Source: an uncultured Granulosicoccaceae bacterium
GTDB taxonomy: Bacteria; Pseudomonadota; Gammaproteobacteria; CALCKW01
Assembly: GCA_937925815.1 (NCBI GenBank)
Contig: CALAMQ010000089.1
Span: 16,173-80,172, forward strand
Direction of reading: 5' to 3'
DNA length: 64,000 nt
Part shown: positions 18,788 through 29,366 of the stretch, piece after piece
How the letters are laid out: each line of letters starts with the position of its first letter
Numbering within the stretch: position 1 is the stretch's first letter
Notes under the pieces: model-generated
Told to the model about the DNA's origin: nothing
Databases searched by the model: none
What the model saw: only the letters and a program-made list of their open reading frames with translations
Made by a program: the position numbers and the translations under genes

Positions 18788-19265
18788 GGCGTCAGGCAGC
18801 AAGGCGTTCGTTTCGGTCACGTTCAGTCTCCATCGTGGCAATCTTGTATCGCCGGTGGACAGGAGTGTCAGCATGTTGAATCAACCAGACAAGGCTGAGT
18901 GGTGAGAAGTGTGACGAAGCTCTCACTGTGCGTCATTCTGGGACTTCAAGTAGACAGGATCTTCACACTTGCGGCGAGGCACGCAAACCCTGTTGAGGCT
19001 TTCAAGCGTATAGATTCACGCTCCGAGGTCGCTATAAGAAGGCCTGCCACTTGGTCGTACGCCCTCGTTACTCTGGATTAATAAGTGAGCAATCAATTCA
19101 GGGGGTTTCGTCTTAACACTGGGTTTCAAACAGCTGTACGTAATAATAGTGTTACGCAGAGCCAGCTAATTTCTGCCAAACTTCCCGCTGACAGCGGCAC
19201 ATTGCAATGATCCAAACGGCCATTTCGACGTTCCAGTCGCTGCGTAATATAGAGTTATAGAGACC

Positions 19266-20006
19266 GTGTACCGCCCATTCACTGTGTTTATCCCGGCGTA
19301 TAACGCCGCCAAGACCCTTCCGCATGTGTTGGAACGCATCCCTGCAGAGTTGTGGGACGATTGCGTGGCGTGCTTTGTCATCAGTAAAGCGAGCCATGAC
19401 AACACGCTGGAAGTGGCCGAGTCACTCAAAGCGACCTACCCCAAACTCCAGTGGGTCGGCGGCGATACCAACCTCGGTTACGGAGACTCGGTTCGCACTG
19501 GGCTAACCGCCTGTTTGAGCGTGCCTTCAGACACCATAGTCTGCCTACACGGCGACGGCCAATACCCGCCTGAAGAGCTGCCCAGCATGCTGCGCGAGAT
19601 TCAGTCGCGCGACCTAGACATTCTGCAGGGCTCGCGCCACAAGCTGAACACCGCGCGAGTTGGCGGTATGCCGATTTACAAAATAATCGGCGGAAAAGTG
19701 CTTACGTGGTTGGAAAACCGCGTGTTCGGCATGCAGATGACGGACTACCACTCTGGTTACATGCTCTACAGCCGACACGCGCTGGAGACCTTGCCGATTG
19801 ATCACCTGAGTTACTACTTTGATTTCGATATCGAGGCCATTGCCGCAGCACGCGCAATGGGACTCAAAATTGACGAGGTCGGCATCCCAACGCACTACGG
19901 TGATGAAGAGTCGTACCTCAACCCCTGGCTGTACGGGCTGCGTTGCTTGCGTGTGATGGGACTTTTCATCACGGGCAAATACCACCGCCTCGCGCGCCAA
20001 AACTGA
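19266..20006 (+). CDS. Family-2 glycosyltransferase
   Basis: FIPAYNAAKTL at the N-terminus. DxD-like HGDGQYPPEE. GTG start. Confidence 0.75.
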   Translation: MYRPFTVFIPAYNAAKTLPHVLERIPAELWDDCVACFVISKASHDNTLEVAESLKATYPKLQWVGGDTNLGYGDSVRTGLTACLSVPSDTIVCLHGDGQYPPEELPSMLREIQSRDLDILQGSRHKLNTARVGGMPIYKIIGGKVLTWLENRVFGMQMTDYHSGYMLYSRHALETLPIDHLSYYFDFDIEAIAAARAMGLKIDEVGIPTHYGDEESYLNPWLYGLRCLRVMGLFITGKYHRLARQN

Positions 20007-20021
20007 TTTCAGAGGATACCC

Positions 20022-21011
20022 ATGGCTCGCATACTCGTCACTGGCGGTGCCGGCTACATCGGCAGCCACACAGTTAAATTACTCGGGCGCGACAACGAAG
20101 ATGTCGTTGTGCTCGACAACCTTTACACCGGCTTTAGCAAGTCAGTCACCCACGGTGCGTTGATTCAAGGCAACACCGGTGACCGCGCTTTGCTCGATCG
20201 CATATTTGCCGAGGGCGACATTGACACTGTGTTGCATTTTGCAGCGCACACGATCGTGCCTGAGTCGGTTGAGAACCCGCTGAAGTACTACGGCAACAAC
20301 ACCGCCAATACCCGCACGTTGCTCGAGGCGTGCAACGATCACGGGGTCAAGAATTTTGTTTTCTCGTCCACCGCAGCCACCTATGGCGAACCCGCCTCTG
20401 GGCGGTGCGATGAAGACACGCCAACAGCGCCAATTAACCCCTACGGTATGTCAAAGCTGATGAGTGAAGTCATGCTGCGAGACCTCGACGCGGTCTCGGA
20501 CATGAACCACGTCATCTTGCGCTACTTCAACGTTGCAGGGTCAGATCCTGACGGTGAAATCGGACAGTCCACTGAAAAAGCCACGTTGTTGATCAAAGTC
20601 GCAGCCGAACACGCCGTGGGCAAGCGCGATCAAGTATTCGTCTTTGGCACGGACTACAACACCAGCGACGGCACCGGGATCCGCGACTACATTCACGTGT
20701 CAGATTTGGCCGAAGCACACCTCAGCGCGCTGCGCTACCTGCGCAACGGCGGCAACAGTGTCACGTTGAACTGTGGCTATGGCAGCGGTTTCAGCGTGCG
20801 CGAAGTGCTCGACGCGGTCCAAGCACAAGTCAACCACGAGCTGACCGTTGTTGAAAAGCCGCGCCGGGCTGGCGACCCGCCAGAGCTTGTGGCCGATGTG
20901 ACTCGCATCCACAACACGCTCGACTGGAAGCCACGCTACAACGATCTCGAAACGATCGTTCGCACGTCCATCGAGTGGGAACGCCAGATGCTCGCTAACG
21001 GCAATGGTTGA
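20022..21011 (+). CDS. galE: UDP-glucose 4-epimerase
   Basis: GGAGYIGSH Rossmann motif, SSTAATYG, catalytic YGMSK (YxxxK). Confidence 0.85.
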   Translation: MARILVTGGAGYIGSHTVKLLGRDNEDVVVLDNLYTGFSKSVTHGALIQGNTGDRALLDRIFAEGDIDTVLHFAAHTIVPESVENPLKYYGNNTANTRTLLEACNDHGVKNFVFSSTAATYGEPASGRCDEDTPTAPINPYGMSKLMSEVMLRDLDAVSDMNHVILRYFNVAGSDPDGEIGQSTEKATLLIKVAAEHAVGKRDQVFVFGTDYNTSDGTGIRDYIHVSDLAEAHLSALRYLRNGGNSVTLNCGYGSGFSVREVLDAVQAQVNHELTVVEKPRRAGDPPELVADVTRIHNTLDWKPRYNDLETIVRTSIEWERQMLANGNG

Positions 21012-21049
21012 TCAGACTGCTTAAAATGATCTAGGCGTGTAGCCCGGCC

Positions 21050-22438
21050 TCACACTGAGATGTCGGGCTCGAACATATCCCGGCGACAGAGTCGGTCAGA
21101 TAAGCGGTTGGCAAAAGCCCGGTAGAGACCTACCTGAACCGAGGGCGGTGCGGTGTAGAAAAAATCGGCGCGCAATCGGTAGGCAAAAACTTCCGTCAGC
21201 GCAATCGTCGATTCCGGGCTTGGCAATTCAGACACAAAGCCGTGCTCGCCGACACTGTCGCCCTGCCCCAGTACCGCCACCGCGCAGTCATCACGCTCAA
21301 TTTGCGCGAGCCCATCGGCAATCACATACAAGACGCGGTCGTGACTGCCCTGAGATACAAGCGCTTCACCACGACTGAACTTCACCGGCTTGCTGCCACG
21401 CAACAGCTCTGCAAGATCAAACTCGCTAAAGGTGCCAAATACAGAGTGGCGACGTAAGAGCCGCTGCATATCTGAGAGTTGCCGACGCCCGCCGTGTACC
21501 AGCTCTTCAATCACCGCGCGCAGCGCAGAGGCCATGTCTGCGCCAGTCTGAAACCGCCGCTCTGGGCGTTTCTCAAGCGCCCGCTGTAACAACTTGGCCA
21601 AGCTCTCAGGCAAATGCGGTGCAACCTCACGCAGGTAAGGTGGTGAGTCGCGCAGCACCTGCGCGAACAACTCGCGCACTTTTTTTGCGGCATACAAGCG
21701 CTGGCCAGTGAGCATTTCATACATCACTGTGGCCAGTGAGTAAAAATCGGTGGTGGGCGCGAGCGCCTCGCCGCGAATTTGCTCAGGTGACATGTAATTC
21801 GGTGTGCCGAGCGATGCCTTGCGGCCAACCACTGCGCTCTCTTTGCGGTCCAGAGCAATGCCAAAATCCAGCAATTTGGCGTCGCCCTGCTCGTCGAGCA
21901 TGATATTCGAGGGTTTCACATCGCGGTGGATGAATCCCTGGCTGTGCAAGTAATCGAGCGTTTCACAGCAACGCACCATGATCTCGAGCACACGCCGTGG
22001 TGGTAACAGCGGCTGACCCTTGCCGTGTGTCTTGAGCGTGACGCCCTCAACGAGCTCCATAACTAGGTAGTTGTGGGTCTCGGTTGAGCCGACGTCGTAG
22101 AGCGCGACAATGCCGGGGTGCGACAAATGCGAGGCCGCGGCCGCTTCTGTTAAAAACGCGCGGTAATGTGCCGGCTTGCGTGCAGGATTGGGCTCTGTGC
22201 CACCGGTGACATCGAGGTTTTCTCGCTCAGCACCGGGCTCACGGGAGGACAATTTGAGCGCGACAGCCTTCTCACGCTTTTCATCGTAGGCACGGTAAAC
22301 CGTGCCACAGGTCCCCCGACCCAACACCTCAAGAATGCGGTAATGGTCGATGCGATCTGGCACGGGAAGTTCTGATTTTGGGGCGCCGGTAGTCACCGCG
22401 TCCGCCTCGTGCGACAAGCGTGATTGTACTGTATTCAC
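21050..22438 (-). CDS. Hanks-type Ser/Thr protein kinase with C-terminal cyclic-nucleotide-binding-like domain
   Basis: GRGTCGTVY, VALKL, HRDVKPSNIML, DFG, GTPNYMSPE. The C-terminal roughly 120 aa show a cNMP-binding fold pattern (F..F...ELAELL......F..GEALV.QG.....LYVIADG...I......AVLGQGDSVGE). Confidence 0.85.
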   Translation of the reverse strand: MNTVQSRLSHEADAVTTGAPKSELPVPDRIDHYRILEVLGRGTCGTVYRAYDEKREKAVALKLSSREPGAERENLDVTGGTEPNPARKPAHYRAFLTEAAAASHLSHPGIVALYDVGSTETHNYLVMELVEGVTLKTHGKGQPLLPPRRVLEIMVRCCETLDYLHSQGFIHRDVKPSNIMLDEQGDAKLLDFGIALDRKESAVVGRKASLGTPNYMSPEQIRGEALAPTTDFYSLATVMYEMLTGQRLYAAKKVRELFAQVLRDSPPYLREVAPHLPESLAKLLQRALEKRPERRFQTGADMASALRAVIEELVHGGRRQLSDMQRLLRRHSVFGTFSEFDLAELLRGSKPVKFSRGEALVSQGSHDRVLYVIADGLAQIERDDCAVAVLGQGDSVGEHGFVSELPSPESTIALTEVFAYRLRADFFYTAPPSVQVGLYRAFANRLSDRLCRRDMFEPDISV

Positions 22439-22458
22439 TATAGCAAAGGCCTGAGCAG

Positions 22459-23796
22459 CTACTGGGATTCATGGGCGCTAAGTGCGCCCAGAATCTGACG
22501 CGGTGCGTTATCAAAACTGCCATTGGACATGCACACGATGCAATCGCCTTCACACATTTGATTACCAAGAATGGTGATCAGATCACACACGGATGTCACT
22601 TTTGCATCAGTCCCAAGCAATTCCGTGTCAGCGTCTGCAGAATTTGGTACATATTGCACAACAAATTTAGCCGCTGCCAATGCACCGGGTAGCGCGTTCC
22701 GGTGAACACCGGCGCGCATGCTATTTGATCGAAGTTCCAGGGCCACAATCAGACCGGCGCCCGGGTGGCGCGCGCGCAGCGCTTCCAGCGTCGCGGCTAT
22801 TGCCGTGGGGTGGTGCGCAAAATCATCGTACAGGTGCACACCACGCGGTGATCCGAGATACTCCAGCCGCCGCTTGGGCGGTTTGAACGACACAAGAGCG
22901 GCACGAGACTGATCGGGGTCAACTCCGAGGTGGGCACAGGCTGCAATAGCCGCCAGGGCATTGAGGCGATTGTGGTCGCCGTCGGCCACCCAGCCACAGG
23001 GTTCCGCCGGCGCAAGCGCAGGGCCGTCAATTGTGCCGTCGGCACCGAGTGTCCAATCCCCGCTGCGGCCAAAGGTTTGCACCTCAGACCAACAGCCGCG
23101 CGCGATAACGCGCTGTAGCGACTCGCTTTCAGCATTGAAAATAACCCGCCCATTCGAGGGCAGACACCGCATCAGATGATGGAATTGCGTTTCGATGTCA
23201 GAGACGTCGGCAAAGATATCCGCGTGATCAAATTCGAGGTTGTTCAGCACCAAGGTCGAGGGGCTGTAGTGCAAGAATTTGGACCGTTTATCGAAGAAAG
23301 CGGTGTCGTATTCATCCGCTTCGACCACAAAAATGTTCGACTGACCAAGGCGCGCAGACACGTCGAAATTGCCCGGCACACCGCCGATGAGAAAACCGGG
23401 TTCAAGCCCCGCTGAGTGCAACAGGTGGGCAACCAAGCTCGCAGTAGTGGTCTTACCGTGGGTTCCGGCAACCGCCACCACATGCCGCCCGATAAGCAGA
23501 TTTTCGCGCAACCACTGGGCACCTGAGGTGTACGGAATGCCTAGGTTCAGCAGCGCCTCGACCTCGGGGTTGCCGCGCGAGACTGCGTTGCCCACGATCA
23601 CAAGGTCGGGCTGCGGCTGAAGTTGAGCGCCGTCGTAACCGGTGTAGGTGTCGATACCCAGATCTGCCAGCTGCTCGACCATCGGCGAGTAGAAGGCTTT
23701 GTCCGATCCTGTCACGCGGTGACCAAGCGACACCGCCAGCCGTGCGATGCCACCCATGAACGTGCCGCAGACGCCAATCAGGTGAATGTGGCTCAC
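22459..23796 (-). CDS. mpl: UDP-N-acetylmuramate:L-Ala-gamma-D-Glu-meso-DAP ligase
   Basis: IHLIGVCGTFMGG and GTHGKTTT; colinear with E. coli Mpl as I recall it. The ORF opens with TTG at 23823. GTG at 23796 gives an E. coli-like N-terminus and avoids overlap with the upstream gene. Confidence 0.85.
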   Translation of the reverse strand: MSHIHLIGVCGTFMGGIARLAVSLGHRVTGSDKAFYSPMVEQLADLGIDTYTGYDGAQLQPQPDLVIVGNAVSRGNPEVEALLNLGIPYTSGAQWLRENLLIGRHVVAVAGTHGKTTTASLVAHLLHSAGLEPGFLIGGVPGNFDVSARLGQSNIFVVEADEYDTAFFDKRSKFLHYSPSTLVLNNLEFDHADIFADVSDIETQFHHLMRCLPSNGRVIFNAESESLQRVIARGCWSEVQTFGRSGDWTLGADGTIDGPALAPAEPCGWVADGDHNRLNALAAIAACAHLGVDPDQSRAALVSFKPPKRRLEYLGSPRGVHLYDDFAHHPTAIAATLEALRARHPGAGLIVALELRSNSMRAGVHRNALPGALAAAKFVVQYVPNSADADTELLGTDAKVTSVCDLITILGNQMCEGDCIVCMSNGSFDNAPRQILGALSAHESQ

Positions 23797-23800
23797 TCGA

Positions 23801-24310
23801 TCAGGCCCCAAAGACAATATCAAACGCGATAAAGGCGATCACGAGGTAACCCGAGGCCAGCGCCAACGCAATTGCCCGTGTGGTCTGCAGTGTCAATCTC
23901 AATATCTGTGCTTGGACAGCAACCATCCAACCCATCAACAACAACCAGGGGAGTATGTAGCCCGCACCGGGATCGACCCCTTCAGGCAACGAGGCCAACC
24001 GCCACATCAGCGGCATAGCCGCGAGGTTGATGATCGCGCCGCTGCCACAAAAGGCAGAAAAAGCTTGGCAAAAGCGCTCTGGCACGCCAAAGACATTCAG
24101 CGTCAACGCCAACAGCACTGCGGTCAGCGCGAGGTCGAGCGTGCTGCGGCTCAAGGCGTTTGCAACATCGCCCCCAATCCCGCCAACCAAGACGTAGACG
24201 GTGGTGGCAAACGCCACAGCGACGAATAAACCACTTGTGCCAGCTGGCAAATCGGCCGGCGAGCGACGCAACAGCGCGATGCCAAGGTAGCAATTGAGCA
24301 GTGCCAGCAT
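23801..24310 (-). CDS. Integral membrane protein of unknown function (about 5 TM helices)
   Basis: Hydrophobic throughout ([14 protein letters not shown]...). ATG at 24310 chosen because the longer ORF would run into the rnt gene on the opposite strand. Confidence 0.5.
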   Translation of the reverse strand: MLALLNCYLGIALLRRSPADLPAGTSGLFVAVAFATTVYVLVGGIGGDVANALSRSTLDLALTAVLLALTLNVFGVPERFCQAFSAFCGSGAIINLAAMPLMWRLASLPEGVDPGAGYILPWLLLMGWMVAVQAQILRLTLQTTRAIALALASGYLVIAFIAFDIVFGA

Positions 24311-24384
24311 ACTCACGCAGCCCTGACCCACAGGGGTGGTATGATGCAGCCCCTCTTTGGCCCGCTGAGATCGACGCGCTCCCC

Positions 24385-25017
24385 ATGACCGAGCAGTACA
24401 CACCGGGAGCGCCCTGCTCGCTCGCCAAACGCTTCCGCGGCTTTTTGCCTGTCGTTGTAGACGTCGAAACTGGCGGCTTCAATGCGGCAAGTGACGCGCT
24501 GCTTGAGATCGCCGCCGTGGTTATCGACATGGACGACGACGGCATGCTCCGTCCTGGCGCACACGTCTCGACCCACGTGATCCCCTTTGAAGGCGGCAAC
24601 CTCGACCCCGCCTCGCTCGCGGTCAATAAGATTGATCCGTGGCACCCACTGCGCGCGGCACGCAGTGAACAGGACGCACTGGGCTATGTGTTTAAGCCAG
24701 TGCGCGAGGCCGTCAAAGCCGCGGGCTGTAACCGAGCGATTCTGGTTGGCCACAACGCTGCGTTCGATCAAGGGTTCTTGAATGCCGCGCTCGTGAGAAC
24801 CGGGATCAAACGAAACCCCTTTCACCCCTTTAGCCATTTCGACACCGTGAGTTTGGCGGGATTGGCCTTTGGCCAAACCGTGCTGGCGCGCGCGGCTGCC
24901 GCCGCCGGCATTGAATGGGACAACGACGAGGCCCACTCGGCACTCTACGACACCCAAAAAACGGCGGAGCTGTTCTGCACCATCGTCAACAAATGGGAAT
25001 CCGCGCACAGCGTTTGA
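24385..25017 (+). CDS. rnt: Ribonuclease T
   Basis: [17 protein letters not shown] exonuclease motif, [11 protein letters not shown] near the C-terminus. ATG at 24385. Confidence 0.85.
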   Translation: MTEQYTPGAPCSLAKRFRGFLPVVVDVETGGFNAASDALLEIAAVVIDMDDDGMLRPGAHVSTHVIPFEGGNLDPASLAVNKIDPWHPLRAARSEQDALGYVFKPVREAVKAAGCNRAILVGHNAAFDQGFLNAALVRTGIKRNPFHPFSHFDTVSLAGLAFGQTVLARAAAAAGIEWDNDEAHSALYDTQKTAELFCTIVNKWESAHSV

Positions 25018-25022
25018 GCCCT

Positions 25023-25346
25023 TCAGGCCGCGTTGTCCACCGTCTCCTGCACCAGGGTCTTGAGTTCGCCTGACGCGTGCATCTCGAGCGTGATGTCGCA
25101 GCCACCGATCAACTCGCCACCGATGTACACCTGCGGGAAAGTCGGCCAGTCGGCGAAGCGCGGCAGGTGTTCAAACACCTCGGGATCAGCAATCACATTG
25201 ACGTAGGCGAATTCGCGCTCACATTGCTTGAGCGCGTCGACAGTGCGAGAAGAAAACCCACACATGGGCATGCCAGGTGTGCCTTTCATGTAAATGATCA
25301 CGGGATTGGATTCGACTTGTTCTTTGATTTTCTCGAGGACGTCCAT
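25023..25346 (-). CDS. grxD: Monothiol (Grx4-type) glutaredoxin
   Basis: 107 aa. VIIYMKGTP..PMCGFS active site, WPTFPQVYI.GELIGG. Confidence 0.9.
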   Translation of the reverse strand: MDVLEKIKEQVESNPVIIYMKGTPGMPMCGFSSRTVDALKQCEREFAYVNVIADPEVFEHLPRFADWPTFPQVYIGGELIGGCDITLEMHASGELKTLVQETVDNAA

Positions 25347-25426
25347 TTGATGCTCTCCGGGCCAGTCAGCAACGCTGCTGGCGATTTATTCATTGAAGTG
25401 TGAAAGGATCCTGTTAGCCGCCTGGC

Positions 25427-27202
25427 TCACCGGATGTGTTGTTGTAACCACAGTTCGAGCAGCGCGATGTGCCAGAGTTTACTGCCCTGCAAGCGCGTAA
25501 AGTGTTCATCGGGTTGATCGAGCAATATGTCGACGAATTGGCGCTGAAACAAGCCCCTCTCACGACTGACCTGACTGTTGAGGGTATCGCGCATGAAATC
25601 GAGCAATGGACCGCGGATAAATTTGAGCGCCGGCACCGGAAAATACGCCTTGCTGCGGTCGATTACCGCATCGGGCACGATCCCACGTGAGACCTGCTTG
25701 AGCACGCCTTTTCCGCCGCTAGCAAGCTTTAAGTGCGCGGGCATTCCAAGCGCGAGCTCGATTAATTCGTGATCGAGAAACGGCACCCGCGCCTCGAGAC
25801 CAAAGGCCATGGTCATGTTGTCCACCCGCTTGACCGGGTCGTCGACAATCAGCGATGTCACGTCCATCGCCAGCACCCGGTTGAGGTACTCGCCATCGGA
25901 GAAGCCGTTCAGCACAGTTTCTATGTGCGCAGACGTGACGTCATTGGGCACGTGGTATCGCGGGTCGATCATCCGACACCACTCAGCGTGATCGCGGTCT
26001 AGGTAACGGTTTGCAAAGCGCGGCACGTCGGCCTCATCAGTTGCCTCGTGCATCTCGGGATACCAAAAATATCCTGCAAACACTTCGTCGGCGCCCTGAC
26101 CGCTCTGCACCACTTTCACGTTCTGAGCAACTTGTTCACTGAGCAAATAAAACGCAACCGCATCTTGCGCGACCATGGGCTCGGCCATCGCTGCCACCGC
26201 TTCGGGCAGCCGCGAAAGCAGCGCGTCATTGGGCACGCGAAATTTGTGGTGCACAGTGCCATAGCGCTCTGCAACCATATCCGAATACTCGAACTCGTCG
26301 CCTCGCTCTTCCGGTTGATCGTCGAAGCCAACCGTGAAGGTTTGCAACCCTGTCGCACCTGCCTCGGCAAGCAGCGCGACCAACACACTCGAGTCCAATC
26401 CACCTGAGAGCAGCACACCCACTGGCACATCGGCGATGTCCAAACGCCGCTTGACCGCGAGACGCAGCGCGTCGCGCGTGGCCTCAACCCACTCTTCATC
26501 ACTGCGGGCTGCAGCTGGCTTTGTGTGTGGGTGCCAGTAGCGTTGCAATTGCTCGTCGCCGCGCGCATCGATGCGTAGCCAGTGACCGGGCTGCAGTTTG
26601 CGCACGCCGTTTAACACCGTGCGCGGCGCCGGCACCGAAGCATGCAGCATGAATTGATTGTGCAGAGCCACCGGGTCGAGCGAGGTGTCGACGTCGCCCG
26701 CCGCCAAGAGCGCTTGCGGGTTGGATGCAAAACGCAACCGCTGACCGCGGCGGCTGAGATAGAGCGGCTTGATTCCCACGCGATCACGGGCGAGCAACAG
26801 CGACTTAGAACGGGGATCAAACAGTGCAAACGCAAACATGCCGGAGAGTCGCGCGACCACGCCCTCGCCCCATTGCAAGAAACCGCGCAGGATGACCTCG
26901 GTGTCACCACTAGAGTGGAAACTGTGTCCAAGTGCAATGAGTTCGTCGCGCAACGCGGGGTAGTTGTAAATCGCGCCGTTGAACACCAGCGACACGCCAG
27001 TGCCCGAATCCACCATGGGTTGCGCAGCGCGGTCGCTGAGATCAATTATCGACAGGCGCTGATGACCAAAACACGCCGGCCCGATTGCGTTAACACCATT
27101 GCCATCCGGACCCCGACTGGCAATCGCGGGCAGCATGCGCCGTACCGCATCGCGGTCAGCATCCTGCCCGTCGAAACGCACTTCACCGCAGATGCCACAC
27201 AT
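25427..27202 (-). CDS. Glutamine-hydrolysing asparagine synthase family amidotransferase (AsnB/AsnO-type)
   Basis: N-terminal MCGICGE (Ntn Cys2). PP-loop LLSGGLDSS. ATG at 27202. Confidence 0.85.
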   Translation of the reverse strand: MCGICGEVRFDGQDADRDAVRRMLPAIASRGPDGNGVNAIGPACFGHQRLSIIDLSDRAAQPMVDSGTGVSLVFNGAIYNYPALRDELIALGHSFHSSGDTEVILRGFLQWGEGVVARLSGMFAFALFDPRSKSLLLARDRVGIKPLYLSRRGQRLRFASNPQALLAAGDVDTSLDPVALHNQFMLHASVPAPRTVLNGVRKLQPGHWLRIDARGDEQLQRYWHPHTKPAAARSDEEWVEATRDALRLAVKRRLDIADVPVGVLLSGGLDSSVLVALLAEAGATGLQTFTVGFDDQPEERGDEFEYSDMVAERYGTVHHKFRVPNDALLSRLPEAVAAMAEPMVAQDAVAFYLLSEQVAQNVKVVQSGQGADEVFAGYFWYPEMHEATDEADVPRFANRYLDRDHAEWCRMIDPRYHVPNDVTSAHIETVLNGFSDGEYLNRVLAMDVTSLIVDDPVKRVDNMTMAFGLEARVPFLDHELIELALGMPAHLKLASGGKGVLKQVSRGIVPDAVIDRSKAYFPVPALKFIRGPLLDFMRDTLNSQVSRERGLFQRQFVDILLDQPDEHFTRLQGSKLWHIALLELWLQQHIR

Positions 27203-27262
27203 GAAAGCCACTCCAACCCGTCACGCGTTGCACGCCCTAGAGGTGCCGCGCGCAGTGCAACC

Positions 27263-27290
27263 AAAAAAAAACCGGCGCGCGAGCGCCGGT
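27263..27290 (-). terminator. Rho-independent terminator after the superoxide dismutase gene
   Basis: Stem ACCGGCGC (27271-27278) pairs with GCGCCGGT (27283-27290), loop GCGA. On the minus strand it is followed by a T8-9 run. Confidence 0.85.
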
Positions 27291-27315
27291 CAGTCTTACT
27301 GTCAATCGTCGCAGA

Positions 27316-27915
27316 TCACGCGCCAGCGAATCGCGCCGAGACCTTCGCCCAATCCACCACATCCCACCAGGCTTTGATGTAGTCAGGACGCTTGTTCTGG
27401 TAACGCAAGTAGTAGGCGTGCTCCCAGACGTCCATACCCAACAGTGGCGTGCCTTGCTCATCTGCAACGTCCATCAGTGGGTTGTCTTGGTTGGGTGTCG
27501 AGGTCACAACGAGCTTGTCGCCCTGTTTGATCAACCACGCGAAGCCCGAACCGAAACGGGTGAGACCCGCCTGAGTCATGCGCTCTTTGAGCGCATCGAG
27601 TGAGCCGAACTCAGCGTCGATTGCGGCGCCGAGCTCTGCGCTCGCGCTGCTGCCGCCCTGACACATGGAGTTCCAGTAAATGATGTGGTTGTAGAAACCA
27701 CCACCGTTATTGCGAACCGCTGCACCGTGCTCACCGGCTTTCGCCAGGATCGCTTCGAGCTCTTGGTCCGCCAAGGGCGTGTCATTCACTGCATTGAGGA
27801 AATTGTTGAAATACGTACGGTGGTGGCGATCGTAGTGGATCTCCATGGTCTGCGCGTCAATGGATTGATCCAACGCAGAATAGTCGTATGGCAGATCCGG
27901 AAATTCGAAAGACAT
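27316..27915 (-). CDS. Fe/Mn-family superoxide dismutase
   Basis: LPYDYSALD..I...TMEIHYDRHH and DVWEHAYYL signatures. I did not resolve the metal type. Confidence 0.9.
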   Translation of the reverse strand: MSFEFPDLPYDYSALDQSIDAQTMEIHYDRHHRTYFNNFLNAVNDTPLADQELEAILAKAGEHGAAVRNNGGGFYNHIIYWNSMCQGGSSASAELGAAIDAEFGSLDALKERMTQAGLTRFGSGFAWLIKQGDKLVVTSTPNQDNPLMDVADEQGTPLLGMDVWEHAYYLRYQNKRPDYIKAWWDVVDWAKVSARFAGA

Positions 27916-28187
27916 CGAGGACTCCTCACATGAATAAGCATGGCGGCACAGGCGCGCCGACAGAACGGTAACCCCCTAAGTGTACCTTGGCGGAGCCGCA
28001 AAAAAAATGTGGTGGTGAACGCCGTTGCGCTCCCAAGCCGGTCAGTAGACCGTGTACTGCCAAACGCACAGCGTGTGACGCTCAACCCAACTGACATCCT
28101 ATGGCCAGATCGGGGGGACTTGCATGCACTGCACACAGGCGTAAACTGGACTGTTTTTTCGCGATGGGTTGATTCCCGGGGGCTCCA

Positions 28188-29366
28188 ATGAGCGCTTTGA
28201 TGAACATCTACGCACGGCTGCCAATGGCCATCAGTCACGGTGAGGGCGCCTGGCTTTGGGACGACCAAGGCAAACGCTACCTCGACGGATTTGGCGGCAT
28301 TGCGGTCACCGCGCTCGGCCACGCGCACCCTCGCATTGCGCGCGCCATTGCCGAGCAGGCGAGCCAGCTGCTCCACACATCTAATGTGTTCAACATCCCG
28401 CTGCAGCAGCAGGCCGGTGAGGCCCTGTGCGACATCGCTGAAATGGACGCCACCATATTTTGCAACTCCGGCGCCGAAGCCAACGAAGCTGCACTGAAGA
28501 TTGCGCGTCTGCACGCGCGCACACGCGAGATCGACAACCCCAAAGTGATCGTGATGGAAAACAGCTTCCACGGGCGCACCTTGGCTACTTTGAGCGCGAC
28601 CGGCAGCGCCAAGGTTCACGCGGGCTTTGCGCCGCTGGTCGACGGTTTTGTGCGGGTTCCATTTAACGACATCGGCGCCGTGAAAGCCGCGGCCGACGCG
28701 CACCCCGAGACCGTCGCCATATTGGTCGAGCCCATTCAAGGCGAAGGCGGCATTTGCCCACCTGCACCGGGCTATCTCGCAGCCCTTCGGGAGGTGTGCG
28801 ACGCCAACGACTGGTTGTTGATGTTCGATGAGATTCAGTCTGGTATGGGCCGCACTGGCAAGTGGTTCGCCCACCAGCACGCAGGCATCAAACCGGATGT
28901 CATGAGCGTCGCCAAGGCGCTTGGAAACGGGTTTCCAGTTGGCGCCTGCCTCGCTCGCGGAAAGGCTGCCACCTTGATGCAGCCGGGCAACCACGGCACA
29001 ACCTACGGCGGCAGTCCGCTTGCCTGCCGGGTTGTGCTCGAAGTGATCAACACCATTCGCGATGACAATCTGCTCGAACGCGCATCCGACCTTGGGAGGC
29101 TGATCACAAACACCTTGCGGCAGCAGCTCAGCGGCGCGCCCTCATTTAAAGAAGTCCGCGGCCAGGGCCTGATGATCGGTGTCGCCTTCGACACTGACCC
29201 GTCGCCGATATTGCACGCGGCCATTGCGGAAGGTCTGTTGCTGGTAGCCGCTGGCCAGAACACGTTGCGGTTGTTGCCGGCCTATACGCTGAGCGATGAG
29301 GATGCGCTGGAGATCGCCAACCGCCTTGCCCGCGCGGTGCTTCGCAAAACAGAGAGCCAGACATGA
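28188..29366 (+). CDS. argD: Acetylornithine/succinylornithine aminotransferase (class III)
   Basis: NSGAEANEAALK, DEIQSGMGRTG, PLP-Lys region DVMSVAKALGNG. Followed by argF with an ATGA overlap. Confidence 0.85.
   Translation: MSALMNIYARLPMAISHGEGAWLWDDQGKRYLDGFGGIAVTALGHAHPRIARAIAEQASQLLHTSNVFNIPLQQQAGEALCDIAEMDATIFCNSGAEANEAALKIARLHARTREIDNPKVIVMENSFHGRTLATLSATGSAKVHAGFAPLVDGFVRVPFNDIGAVKAAADAHPETVAILVEPIQGEGGICPPAPGYLAALREVCDANDWLLMFDEIQSGMGRTGKWFAHQHAGIKPDVMSVAKALGNGFPVGACLARGKAATLMQPGNHGTTYGGSPLACRVVLEVINTIRDDNLLERASDLGRLITNTLRQQLSGAPSFKEVRGQGLMIGVAFDTDPSPILHAAIAEGLLLVAAGQNTLRLLPAYTLSDEDALEIANRLARAVLRKTESQT

Noticed and set aside
27786-28994. 402-aa ORF on the minus strand
   Set aside because: It lies entirely antisense to the well-supported argD gene and the sod-argD spacer. 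Its Arg/Ala/Gly-rich low-complexity translation is typical of shadow ORFs in GC-rich DNA.
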